A stretch of DNA of 64,000 nt from Squalus acanthias. Its lineage: Eukaryota. This document shows positions 11,401-22,442 of this stretch, piece by piece. The position numbers were made by a program, and so were the translations under genes. How positions within the stretch are numbered: position 1 is the first letter of the stretch; each line of letters starts with the position of its first letter. The DNA lies in NCBI GenBank assembly GCA_030390025.1, contig CM059425.1, positions 172,734,001 through 172,798,000 on the forward strand, read 5' to 3'. Below the pieces are notes generated by a model that saw nothing but the letters and a program-made list of their open reading frames with translations, searched no databases and was not told where the DNA came from.

Positions 11401-14400
11401 ACGTCTCCGTATCCCAATTATATCATATCCGTTTACATCTATTTGCGCAGCCAATTCATCCACCTTATTACGAATGTTCCTCACATTAAGACACAAAGCC
11501 TTCAGGCTTGTTTTTTTAACACTCTTAGACCTTTTAGAATTATTATTTACTGTGGCCATGTTTGATTTACACCCTTGATTTCTCTCACTGCCACTTTTGC
11601 TTTTCTCCTTCCTGTCTTTTGCTTCTATTCTAGCTTCCCTTTCCTCTGTCTCCCTGCACAGGTTCCCAACCCCCTGCCATTTTAGTTTAAACCCTCCCCA
11701 ACAGCACTAGCAAACACTCCCCCTAGGACATCAGTCCCGGTCCTGCCCAGCTGCAAACCGTCCAGTTTGTACTGGTCCCACCTCCCCCAGAACCGGTTCC
11801 AGTGTCCCAGGAATTTGAATCCCTCCCCCTTGCACCATTCCTCTAGCCACGTATTCATCTGAAATATCCTTCTATTTCTACTCTGACTAGCACGTGGCAC
11901 TGGTAGCAATCCTGAGATTACTACCTTTTGAGGTCCTATTTTTTAATTTACCTCCTAACCCATCTGGTTCACTAATGTCCCTTAGGGAAGGAAATCTGCC
12001 ATCCTTACCTGGTCTGGACTATATGCGACTCCAGACCCACAGCAATGTGGTTGACTCTTAACTGCCACTCCGTTGTAAAAAACTGCTACGATAAACAATA
12101 AGAATAAAACTGGACGGACCACCCGGCATCGACCTCGGTACCGGCTACGGACACAACAAAGGCACACCCTGCAAAGTCCTCCTCACCAACATCTGGGGAC
12201 TTGTGCCAAAATTGGAAGAGCTGTCCCACAGACTAGTCAAGCAACAGCCTGACATAGTCATACTCACAGAATCATACCTTTCAGCCAATGCCCCAAACTC
12301 CTCCATCACCATGCCTGGGTATGTCCTGTCCCACCGGCAGCACAGGCCCACCAGGGGTGGTGGCACAGTGGTATACAGTCGGGAAGGAGTGGCCCTGGGT
12401 GTCCTCAACATTGAGTCCGGATCCCATGAAGTCTCATGGCTTCAGCTCAAGCATAGGCAAGGAAACCTGCTGATTACCACCTACCACCCTCCTTCAGCTG
12501 ATGAATCAGTACTCCTCCATTTTGCACACCACTTGGAAGAAGCACTGAGAGTAGCAAGGGCGCAGAATCTACTCTGGGTGGGGGACTTTAATGTCCATCA
12601 CCAAGAGTGGCTCGGTAGCACCACTACTGACCGAGCTGGCCAAGTCTTGAAGGACATAGGCGTACCTAAAAATGCAGTGCCAACCTGGGGAAGCTACAAC
12701 ATAGGACTACATGCATGCTAAAAAGCGGAAGCAGCATGCTATAGACAGAGCTAAGCGATCCTACAATCAACAGATCAGATCAAAGCTCTGCAGTCCTGCC
12801 ACATTCAGTCGTGAATGGTGGTGGACCATTAAACAACTAACTGGAGGAGGAGGCTCCATGAATATCCCCATCCTCAATGATGGTGGAGCCCAGCACGTGA
12901 GTGCAAAAGACAAAGCTGAAACGTTTGCAACCATCTCCAGCCAGAAGTGCTGAGTGGATGATCCATATCCGCCTCCTCCTGAGATCCCCACCATCACAGA
13001 AGCCATTCTTCAGCCAATTCGATTCACTCCACGTGATATCAAGAAACGGCTGAGCGCACTGGATACAGCAAAGGCTGTGGGCCCCGACAACATCCCAGCT
13101 GTCGTGCTGAAGACTTGTGCTCCAGAACTAGCCACTCCTCTAGGCAAGCTGTTCCAGTACAGCTATAACACTGACCTTTATCCGACAATGTGGAAAATTG
13201 CCCAGGTATGACCTGTCCACAAAAAGCAGGACAAATCCATTCTTGCCAATTACCACCCAATCAGTCTGCTCTCAATCATCAGCAAAGTGATGGAAGGTTC
13301 GTCGACAGTGCTATCAACAGCACTTACTCACCAATAACTTGCTCACTGATGCCCAGTTTGGGTTCCGCCAGGACCACTCGGCTCCAGACCTCATTACAGC
13401 CTTGGTCCAAACATGGACAAAAGAGCTGAATTCCAGAGGTGAGATGAGAGTGACTGCCCTTGACATCAAGGCAGCATTTGACCGAGTGTGGCATCAAGGA
13501 GCACTAGTAAAACTGAAGTCAATGGGAATCGGTAGGGAAATCTCTCCACTGGCTGGAGTCATACCTAGCACAAAGGAAGATGGTTGTGGTTGTTGGAGAT
13601 CAATCATTTCAGCCCCAGGACATTGCTGCATGAGTTCCTCAGGGCAGTGTCTTCAGCTGCTTCATCAATGACCTTTGCTCCATCATAAGGTCAGAAGTGG
13701 GGATGTTCGCTGATGACGGCACAGTGTTCAGTGCCATTTGCAACTGCCCAGATAATGAAGCAGTCCATGCCAGCATGCAGTAAGACCTGGACGACATTCA
13801 GCCTTGGGCTGATAAGTAGCAGTAATATTTGCGCCACACAAGTGCCAGGCAATGACTATCTCCAACAGACGAGCGTCTAACCACCGCCGTTTGACATTCA
13901 ACGGCATTACCATCGTCAAATCCCCCACCATTAATCTGCTGGGTGTCACCATTGACTCGAAACTTAACTGGACCAGACACATAACTACTGTGGCAACAAG
14001 AGCAGGCCAAAGGCTGGATATTCTGCGGCGAGTGTTTCACCTCCTGACTTCCCAAAGCCTTTCCACCATCTACAAGGCACACATAAGGAGTGTGATGGAA
14101 TACTCTCCACTTGCCTGGATGAGTGCAGCTTCAACAACACTCAAGAAGCTCGACACCATCCAAGACAAAGCAGCCCGCTTGATTGGCACCCCATCCACCA
14201 CTTTAAACATTCACTCCCTCCACGTACCGTGGCTGCAGTGTGTACCATCTACAAGAGCACTGCAGCAATTCACCAAGGCTTCTTCGGCAGCAACTCCCAA
14301 ACCTGCGACCTCTACCACCTGGAAGGACAAGGGCAGCAGGCGTATGGGAACACCACCACCGGCAAGTTCCCCTCCAAGTCACACACCATCCTGACTTGGA

Positions 14401-14592
14401 AGTATTCCTTCATCGTCGCTCGGTCAAAGTCCTGGAACTCCCTCCCTAACAGCACTCTAGGAGCACCTTCACCACACGGACTGCAGCGGTTCAAAAAGGC
14501 GACTCACCACCACCTTCTCAAGGCCAACTAGGGATGGGCAATAAATGCTGGCCTTGCCAGCGACGCCCACATCCCATGAATGAATTAAAAAA
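8428..14592 (+). mobile_element. 5'-complete LINE family B with tRNA-derived head (8428-8613 + 11957-14592); single degenerate EN-RT ORF, no ORF1
   Basis: A box TAGCATACTGG 8435-8445, B box GTTCAAATCCC 8500-8510; APE motifs TNIWGL, ILTES, VGDFNVHH; RT motifs QFGFR, LDIKAAFDRV, FADD; AAC duplication at both ends. Confidence 0.85.
8613..11956 (-). mobile_element. CR1 LINE, 5'-truncated within ORF1; complete ORF2 with frameshifts
   Basis: ORF1 esterase C-terminus, APE (YRPPN, MGDFN, SDH), RT (GVPQGSVLGP, FADD), (TTCTATGT)n tail at 8613. Confidence 0.95.
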
Positions 14593-16147
14593 AACATTCG
14601 CGCCACACAAGTGCCAGGCAATGACTATCTCCAATAAGAGAGAGTCTAACCACCATCCCTTGACATTCAATGGCATTGCCATCGCCGAATCCCCCAGCGT
14701 CAACATCCTGGGGGTCACCATTGACCAGAAACTTAACTGGACCAGCCACATAAATACAGTGGATATAAGAGCAGCTCAAAGGCTGGGTATTCTGTGGCGA
14801 GTGTCTCACCTCCTGACTCCACAAAACCTTTCCACCATCTAAAAGGTGCAAGTCAGGGGTGTGATGGAATACTCCCCACTTTCCTGAATGAGTGCAGCTC
14901 GAACAGCACTCAAGAAGCTCGACACCATCCAGGACAAAGCAGCCCCATCCACCACCTTATACATTCACTACGTCCACCACCGGTGTACCGTGGCTGCAGT
15001 GTGTATCATCTACAAGATGCACTGCAGCAACTCGCCAAGGCTTTGTCGACAGCACCTCCCAAACCCGCGACCTCTACCACCTAGAAGAACAAGGGCAGCA
15101 GATGCATGGGAACACCATCACCTTCAAGTTCCCCTCCAAGTCACACACCATCCTGACTTGGAAATATGTCATAATTCCTTCATCGTTGCTGGGTCAAAAC
15201 CCTGGGATTCCCTCCCTAACAGCACTGGGGGAGTACCTTCACCACACGGACTGCAGCGGTTCAAGAAGGCGGCTCACCACCACCTTCTCAAGGGCAATTA
15301 GGGATGGGCAATAAATGCTGGCCTTGCCAGTGACGCCCACATCCCATGAACGAATAAAAAACCAATCAGGATGGTGTGTGATTTGGAAAGGAACTGGGAA
15401 GTGATGGTGTTCCTGTGCACTTGCTACCCTTGTCCTTGTAGATGGCGGAGGTCGCAGTTTTGAGAGGTTATGCCGAAGAAGCTTCGGTGAGTTGTTGTAG
15501 TATATCCTGCAGATGGTATACACTGTTGCCACGGTATGCTGGTGGTGGAGGGGGTTGATGTTTAGGCTGATGGATGAAGTGCCAATCAAGTTAACTGCTC
15601 TGTCCTGGATCATAATATAAATGAATCCTAAAATTCTTTTCTGGCCATAGGGTAAACATTTCAAAATGTGCCAACTTCCTTCGGTGGCTTCAATCTGTCC
15701 ATCAGTTATTTATCACTTACTTTTTTTTTGCCTACATAACAACAGTGACAACATTTCAAAAATAATTAATTGGCTGTGAAGTGCTTTGGCACTTCCTGAG
15801 ATCATGAAAGGCACTACATAAATATAAGCTCTTTTTTAGAATCTTATTATCTTGCCCTAGAAATTCTTCCCCAATAGTAGTTGCAATTGTCTTTCATTAT
15901 TGTGTGCTGTTTTGACTGGCCAACACTCCATGAGGGATGATAGGAGAACAAGGAAATTAAAGTAAAGAGGAACAAAGGAAAAGGAGAGAAAATAATTTAC
16001 TTTTTTTCATACTTACACCTGGTTTGATCTTTCATGTGTACAAATTTGGGAACACCACACAACGCTTAACTGACAGAGAACAACTTGAAAACTAAGAAAT
16101 GTAAACCAAACAAATAATTTATGTTTAAAGTACAGCATAAGCTAAAA

Positions 16148-16400
16148 CTTGGCTCAGTTGGTAACACTCCCAGCTTCAAGTCAGAAAGTTGTGGGTTCAA
16201 ATCACATTTTGGGTTTTGATGAGACACTAAACCAAGTCTCCATCAAAAACAGACGAATGCATTATTCAGCTCATTTACTGTTTGTGGGATTTTTCTGTGT
16301 TAAAATTGGCTGCCGTATTAGCCTACATAAGCAGCCGCTTCACGTTGCATAAGTAATTCATCGCAGATGATAAGGCACCAAGTAAATGCAAGTTCTTTCT
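16148..16400 (+). mobile_element. Degenerate tRNA-derived Deu-type SINE
   Basis: TGGCTCAGTTGG A box, GGTTCAAATC B box, AAATTGGCTGCCG body, AAATGCAAGTTCTTTC tail. Confidence 0.6.
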
Positions 16401-16510
16401 TCCTTTTCATTTGTGCTTTGCTAAGTACACATAGGTAATTTTGTCTTTTTAATGACCACTGTTGATTCAGTACATCAAATAATTTAAATTTGTTCTTTTT
16501 TTTTTTGAAG

Positions 16511-16688
16511 AGTCAATCTCCTCTTAGACCAATATAGAAAAAAGTCCAAACTTTTCCGCACCAAAGTGGTCTTGGTTCCTCTGGGGGATGATTTTCGCTA
16601 CGACCAATGGTCAGAATGGGACCAACAGTTTCAAAATTATCAGAAGCTGTTTGATTATATGAACTCCCATCCAGAGCTCCATGTTAAG
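16511..16688 (+). CDS. MAN2A1: Alpha-mannosidase II coding exon (~exon 8), 178 bp, contains acid/base motif PLGDDFRY; absent from ORF track
   Basis: poly-T gaag|AGTC...GTTAAG|gtatgt; [57 protein letters not shown]. Confidence 0.96.
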
Positions 16689-17229
16689 GTATGTTAAATC
16701 CTAGAGTGCAGCACATTAAGCACACCTATATAGTTTGATGTAAAGAAAAACATTTATTTTATCATTTTGTTTTCTGTAATATATACAGATTATGAAGTGT
16801 TTTTAAATTCTTAATTTATTGTTTTCCTCATACAAACTGATGGTTTATAAAAAATATATGAACATTCAAAAATGGTTAACAGGAAAAGACCATCTGGTCC
16901 ATCTAGGCTGTCCCACACAGTCACGTTGCAACCAAGAAGCATACTCCCTACCCACCAGCAGCCATGCAATCTGCTGAGATGGGGGGCGGGGGGGAAGATT
17001 TTTTAAATTCTAGGCCAATTCAAGGAAAATAAATTGTGGGAAATTCTTTTCTGACCCCTGAAGACGATCAAAACGAGTTCTCGGAGACTACAATGGCAAT
17101 TATTATTATTTGTAAATGCACAAGTGGTACATTAAGGATTGTTTAAAAAAAAAATACAATGTAGGGCGATAAACTATAATTCAAAAATGTCAAGTGTTAG
17201 ATGTGAAGTATGTCAAGTGGCTTAGGTAG

Positions 17230-17640
17230 ACATCATTAATGCTTTAGGCTTTCAGTAGCCTTGGGGTCAACATTGTGGAGTCTGGAAAATCCTCCTGGTG
17301 GACCAGTACGAAATGAGCAGCCATTTAGTAGATGTGTGGCATCCTCACTGGAGCTACACAGAGGGCCGTTCCTGAGCTTCCACATGTGGTCACTTGCTGC
17401 ACGCCTTGCCATCCCACAACCAAAATGGTTGAGCTTGCACCAGAAATAGTGTGGCAGTTTGAAGCCAGGCAGTCTTCTCATTAGGCTGGGTGATGAAGAA
17501 GGAGTTTCGTACAGAGGGACCAGCTCATTTTTATTCTGTTTGCCATAATGAGGCAGCATCAATGACAATGAGGCATGCTTTCCAACATCCATCCCATCTA
17601 TCTTCATATCCAGTGATATCAGCCACAGTCAGAAACTTGC
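17230..17640 (-). mobile_element. Vingi/Ingi-like LINE C-terminal relic
   Basis: LPGFKLPHYFWCKLNHFGCGMARRAASDHMWKLRNGPLC...HLLNGC...GGFSRLH resembles the Vingi C-terminal PGF..W..LNR..G.C / CCHC region. Confidence 0.55.
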
Positions 17641-18139
17641 CCAAGTTCCCTTATGAACACTTTTAGTGAATCCACACTAACTGCATGAGCTGACACCTTA
17701 TTCCAAAGGTTAATGACACTGAAAAGAAAACCCTACTGACATCTAACCTAGTTCTATTTTTTTGTAACTTAAAATCATGTCCCCATGTTTTTGCTCTAAC
17801 CTATCTAATTCATCTATCCACGTTGACACAGTTTTATTCCTTAATTATGTATTTACCCTATATGCATGAACATGCCCTCCCAGTAGTGGTTTCTGGATAG
17901 CAGTCTGGTGCATGAGCCCTCGCTAAAATTTTTTACTCCTTCCTATCTGGGCCAATTGTAGCACTTCAGCTTTTTAACTAACTCATTGCACAATCTGAGA
18001 TTGAATATGTGACCTTTCTGCTGTATATACCTCACATAAAAAACATCTGTCTGCATGATATGCAGTCAGCATTTTGCACTTATCTGCTTACCTGCATTTA
18101 CAACGAAATACAGCACTGCTTTAAAAAAATTAGCATTTG

Positions 18140-18890
18140 CTAAAAAAGCAAATTATTATTTAAATGGAGAGAGATTACAAAATGCTACAGTTCAGAGGGA
18201 CCTGGGGGTCCTTGTGCAGGTGCAGCAAGTAATCAAAAAGGCAAATGGAATGTTGGCCTTTATTGCAAGGGGGTTGGAGTATAAAAGCAGGGAAGTCCTG
18301 CTACAACTGTACAGGGTATTGGTGAGACCACACCTTGAGTACTGCGTACAGTTTTGGTCTCCTTATTTAAGGAAGGATATACTTTGCATTGGAGGCAGTT
18401 CAGAGACGATTCACACGATTGATTCCTGAGATGAGGGGGTTGACTTATGAAGAAAGTTTGAGCAGTTTGGATCTATACTCATTGGAATTTAGAAGAATGA
18501 GAGGTGATCTTATTTGAAACATATAAGATACTGAGGGGGCTCGACAAGGTAGATGCAGAGAGGATGTTTCCCCTCGTGGGGAAATCTAGAACTCGGGGGC
18601 ATAATTTCAGAATAAAGGGTCGCCCTTTTAGAACTGAGATGAGGAGGAATTTCTTCTCTCACAGGGTTGTAAATCTGTGGAATTCTCTGTCCCAGAGAGC
18701 CGTGGAGGCTGGGTCATTAAATACATTTAAGGTGGAGATAGACAGATTCTTACAAGATAAGGGAGTGAAGGGTTATGGGGAGCGGGCAGGGAAGTGGCTT
18801 TGAGCCCAAGATCAGCCATGATCTTATTGAATGGCGGAGCAGACTCGAGGGCCAAGTGGCCTATTCCTGCTCCTATTTCTTATGTTCTGA
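18140..18890 (+). mobile_element. CR1 3' fragment
   Basis: KKANGMLAFI, LVRPHLEYCVQFWSP, RRNFFS.RVV, TTCTTATGTTCT tail. Confidence 0.9.
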
Positions 18891-19012
18891 TTCTTCTCTC
18901 ACACTTATCTGAAAAAAATGGATGCCAAGCCAAAGAAGGGGGGTGGCCAATAGCTTGGTCATAGAGGTGGGTTTTAAGTAGGATATGAGGAGGGTGAGGT
19001 GAAGAGGTGCAC

Positions 19013-20372
19013 CTGATCTAATGGCCATAACGGAGACGTGGTTGCAAAGTGGCCAAGGTTGGGAACTAAATATTCCAGGATACTTAACTTTTAGAAGAGA
19101 TGGGCAAAATGGAAAAGGAGGAGGGGTAGCCCTGATTACAGGCTGAGACAGGAGAAATTATAATGGGGAATAAGGAAATGGTAGAGGAATTAAACAAATA
19201 CTTTGGGAGTGATTTTATCAATGGGGACATGATGGAGGCGGGACTGCTGCTTGTCAGGTTTTAGTCCCGCCTCCATCGACGTCTGGCCAGCCCATGCTAT
19301 TTTCCCTTGATTGACCTTGTTAAGCCCGCCCAGCGGGTTTAGCAGGCCAATTAAAGGAAAGCCGGTGACACAGAACGTCAGCGTATGACGTTTCATCTGT
19401 CAAAAGTTTTTGACAGATGAATTGTCATCGTTTGACAGCTTTGAGGAGCTGTCAAACACTGACAATCTCTGTTCTTTGGGAAGTCCTTGTACTCAAGACT
19501 CACCAAACCTCTTTCCTGAGCAGAAATCAGATGGCTGTTGCATCGGAGAATGCAGCAGCCATTCTGTCATCTCTGCCATGGAGATGAGACAGCTCCGCAG
19601 CCTAAAGGGATGAAGCCTGGAGGAAGAAGCAAAGGTAAGTAATCTTATTAAAACACTTTAGTCGCACCTCACACACTTACCTCTCGACACTTGCGCTCAT
19701 CACTCACCTGCACACCGGATATTTCGGCCCCTCTGACTCTGCAGACCCACGGCTCGCCTCGCTGACCCAAGCGAGGTTCGGAGCCATCGGGAAGCCCACA
19801 CTTTAGGGCTCAAAATAGGGATTAGCCAAAAAACTCTTCCTTAGGTCTTCTTACCTAAGGAAGGATATACTTGCCATAGAGGGAGTGCAACGAAGGTTCG
19901 CCAGACTCGTTCCTGGGATGGGGGGATTGTCGTATGAGGAGAGATTGAGTAGACTAGGCCTATATTCTCTAGAGTTTAGAAGAATGAGAGGTGATCTCAT
20001 TGAAACATACACAATTCTTACAGGGCTTGACAGGGTAGATGCAGGGAGGATGTTTCCCCTGGCTGGGGAGACTAGAACCAAGGGTCACAGTCTCTGAATA
20101 AGGGGTCGGCCATTTAGAACTGAGATGAGGAGAAATTTCTTCACTCAGAGGGTGGTGAATCTTTGGAATTCTCTACCCCATAGGTCTGTGGAGGCTCCGT
20201 CATTGAGAATATTCAAGACAGAGATCGATAGATTTGTGAATATTAAGGGATATGGGGATAGTGCAGGAAAGTGAAGATGAGGTAGAAGATCAGCCATGAT
20301 CTTATTGAATGGCGGAGCAGGCTTGAAGGGCCAAATGGCCTACTCCTGCTCCTATTTCTTATGTTCTTATGT
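19013..20372 (+). mobile_element. Internally deleted CR1 (EN piece, linker piece, 3' end)
   Basis: Three blocks nearly identical to parts of the CR1 at 33538-37533. Confidence 0.8.
19205..19731. mobile_element. GC-rich Harbinger-like non-autonomous element
   Basis: GGGAGTGATTTT start, ATTTCGGCCCC end; TTAAGCCCGCCCAGCG motif shared with 57344-58280. Confidence 0.4.
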
Positions 20373-22108
20373 TAAAGGTTTAGGGATGGAAATCCAGTGC
20401 ATGGGGCCTGGGTAGCAATGGTGAGACAAAGAGAGGGATGAATGCATAAGAGGGCAGAGTCCGAGGAAAGGAATGTAGGGAAGGAGGTGGTTACAGAAAT
20501 TGAGAGGGGCGTGAAGAAATTTAAGCACAATGATAATTTTAAATTCAGCCGTTGCAGGAACTGTGGCCAATGTAGGTTAGCGAGGACAGGAGTGATGGAT
20601 CAGTGAGACTTCGTTCAGGATAAGATTTGGGCAGCAGAGTTTTTGATGAGCTTAGGTTTATGGAAGGCGGAGAATGGGAGGCCAGCCAGGAGCGCATTGG
20701 AATAGTCAAGTCTGGAGATGACAAAGACAAGGATGAGGGTTTCAGCAGCAGATGGACTGAATTTCGGATAGAGGCAGGTGATGTTACAGAGGTGGAAGTA
20801 GCGGCCTTTGTGATGGAGTGGATATATTGGTCGGTGTCTCTGCTTGGGGCTGAATAGGTTGAAAGCAGTCTGGTTCAGCCTGAGACAGTAGCTGGCAAGG
20901 AGGTGGAATCAGTAGCAAGGGTATGGTGTTTGTGCGGGGGGGGGGTCCGAAGACCATGGCTTTAGTCTTCCCAGTATTTAACTGGAGGAAATTGTGGCTC
21001 ATGCAAGATTGTACGTCAGACAGGCAGTCTGAAACATGGTGGTGGAGGGGTTAAGAGAGGTGGTGCAAAATTGTGTGTTGTCAGCGTGCATGTGGAAGAT
21101 GATCCCATCTCTGCGGATGATGTCACCAAGAGGCATCATGTAGATTGCGACGAGTAAATCCTTGGGAGATTCCAGAGGTAACAGTGCGCGGACAGGAAGA
21201 AAAGCCATTGCTGAAGATGCTCTGGGTACGATTGAAGAGGTAAGAGTGGATCCCAGAAATGGCAGTCCCACTGAGCTAGGCAGCAGAGGAGAGATGTTGG
21301 AAGAGGATGGTGTCAAAGGCTGCAGAGAGGACAAGCAGGGATAATGCATCATGGTCACAGTCACAGAGTATGTATTTGTGACTTTGCTTAGGGCAGGAAG
21401 TGTAACCTGATTGGAGAGATTCAAACGTGGAGTTGTGGGAAATATGGGCATGATTTGGGAGGTGACAACACGTTCATAGACTTTGGAGAGGAAAGGGATT
21501 TTGGAGATAGGACGGCAGTTTTCGAGGATAGAGGTGTCGAGGGTGAGCTTTTGAAGAAACGGTGATGACAGTGGCTTTGGAAGTTCAGGGCCAGTAACTG
21601 AGGAGAGAGAACCATTTAACAATTTCAGCGCGCATAAAGGCCAGGAAGGGAAGTTGGTGGTTATCTGTATATTGGGAATGCGCTCAAGAGTGGAGGTGTA
21701 TCTGATGGATGAGATGAGCTTGGAGAGGGCATGAGGGGTAATAGAAATGTGAGGGGGGAATTTTAACCCCCCAAAACGGGCGGGTTGGGGTCAGGTGGGA
21801 TGTTAATATGTTAAAAATCTGAATCCCGATCTCAACCCGCCCACTTCCAGTTTTAACGGAGGCAGGAGGGGGCGCGGGCAACCAACCCACTTGCAGGAGG
21901 AAATAAAAACATATCCAGCAGGTCAGGCAGCATCTGTGAAGAGTGAAACAAAGTTAACGTTTCAGGTCGCTGACCTTTCGTCTTATATTTTAAATTTAAC
22001 CCTGGCCGGCCTTGGGAAACTCGTCAGCTAAAGGGAGGCGAGGACTGCTGGACCCAGGAGGTAAGTGCCTTTCCACTTACCTGCTGGATCCAGCTTACCT
22101 GCTTCACT

Positions 22109-22109
<1 letters not shown>

Positions 22110-22139
<30 letters not shown>
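22110..22139. repeat. Poly-C homopolymer (~30 nt)
   Basis: Directly visible. Confidence 0.9.
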
Positions 22140-22299
22140 AGCAATCGGATACAACCCCCGACCCTTCCCGATCTCCTCCACGAGGTCTCCTCACCCCCCC
22201 ACCGATCCTTCCTGTTTCCACCCCACCCCCGCGCTCTGGCCCCAGATCTTCCTGTGGCCTCTGACTCCGATTACCCTGTACCCCGGCCTCTGAACTCCG

Positions 22300-22442
22300 C
22301 AATGTTCCCCCTAAGGTGGGCAGCTGCGCAGCAATGAGGAGGTCCTGCGCAGGCCGCTCACCAGCTGCTGCCGTTGGAAAAGATTCTGCACAGCAAATTT
22401 AAAGGGACCGCACACCAAAAAAAAAAATTAGAGGGAACATTG
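22300..22442. mobile_element. Second copy of the hAT-like MITE
   Basis: CAATGTTCCCCCTAA ... TTAGAGGGAACATTG; no clear TSD; related inverted piece at ~22725-22837. Confidence 0.65.

Larger units (their letters stand above)
8354..15361 (+). mobile_element. 5'-truncated LINE family B, split into 8354-8426 and 14593-15361 (second layer)
   Basis: MQQDLDDIQAWADKWQVT at 8374-8426 resumes as FAPHKCQAMTIS at 14597; ends in family-B tail plus A-run. Confidence 0.85.
8150..15612 (-). mobile_element. Old LINE family B 3' fragment, split into 8150-8353 and 15362-15612 (outermost layer of nest)
   Basis: ..GATATATTTCCAA resumes as CCAATCAGGATGGTGTGTG, contiguous in intact copies (4850-4880, 27695-27725). 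Confidence 0.75.
18915..21745 (-). mobile_element. Decayed L2 LINE interrupted by CR1 and MITE-like DNA
   Basis: LENCRPISKIPFLSKVYERVV, FHMHADNTQ, LQLNTGKTKAMVFG relics. Confidence 0.75.

Noticed and set aside
22012..22337. Proline- or glycine-rich ORFs
   Set aside because: Artefact of the poly-C tract
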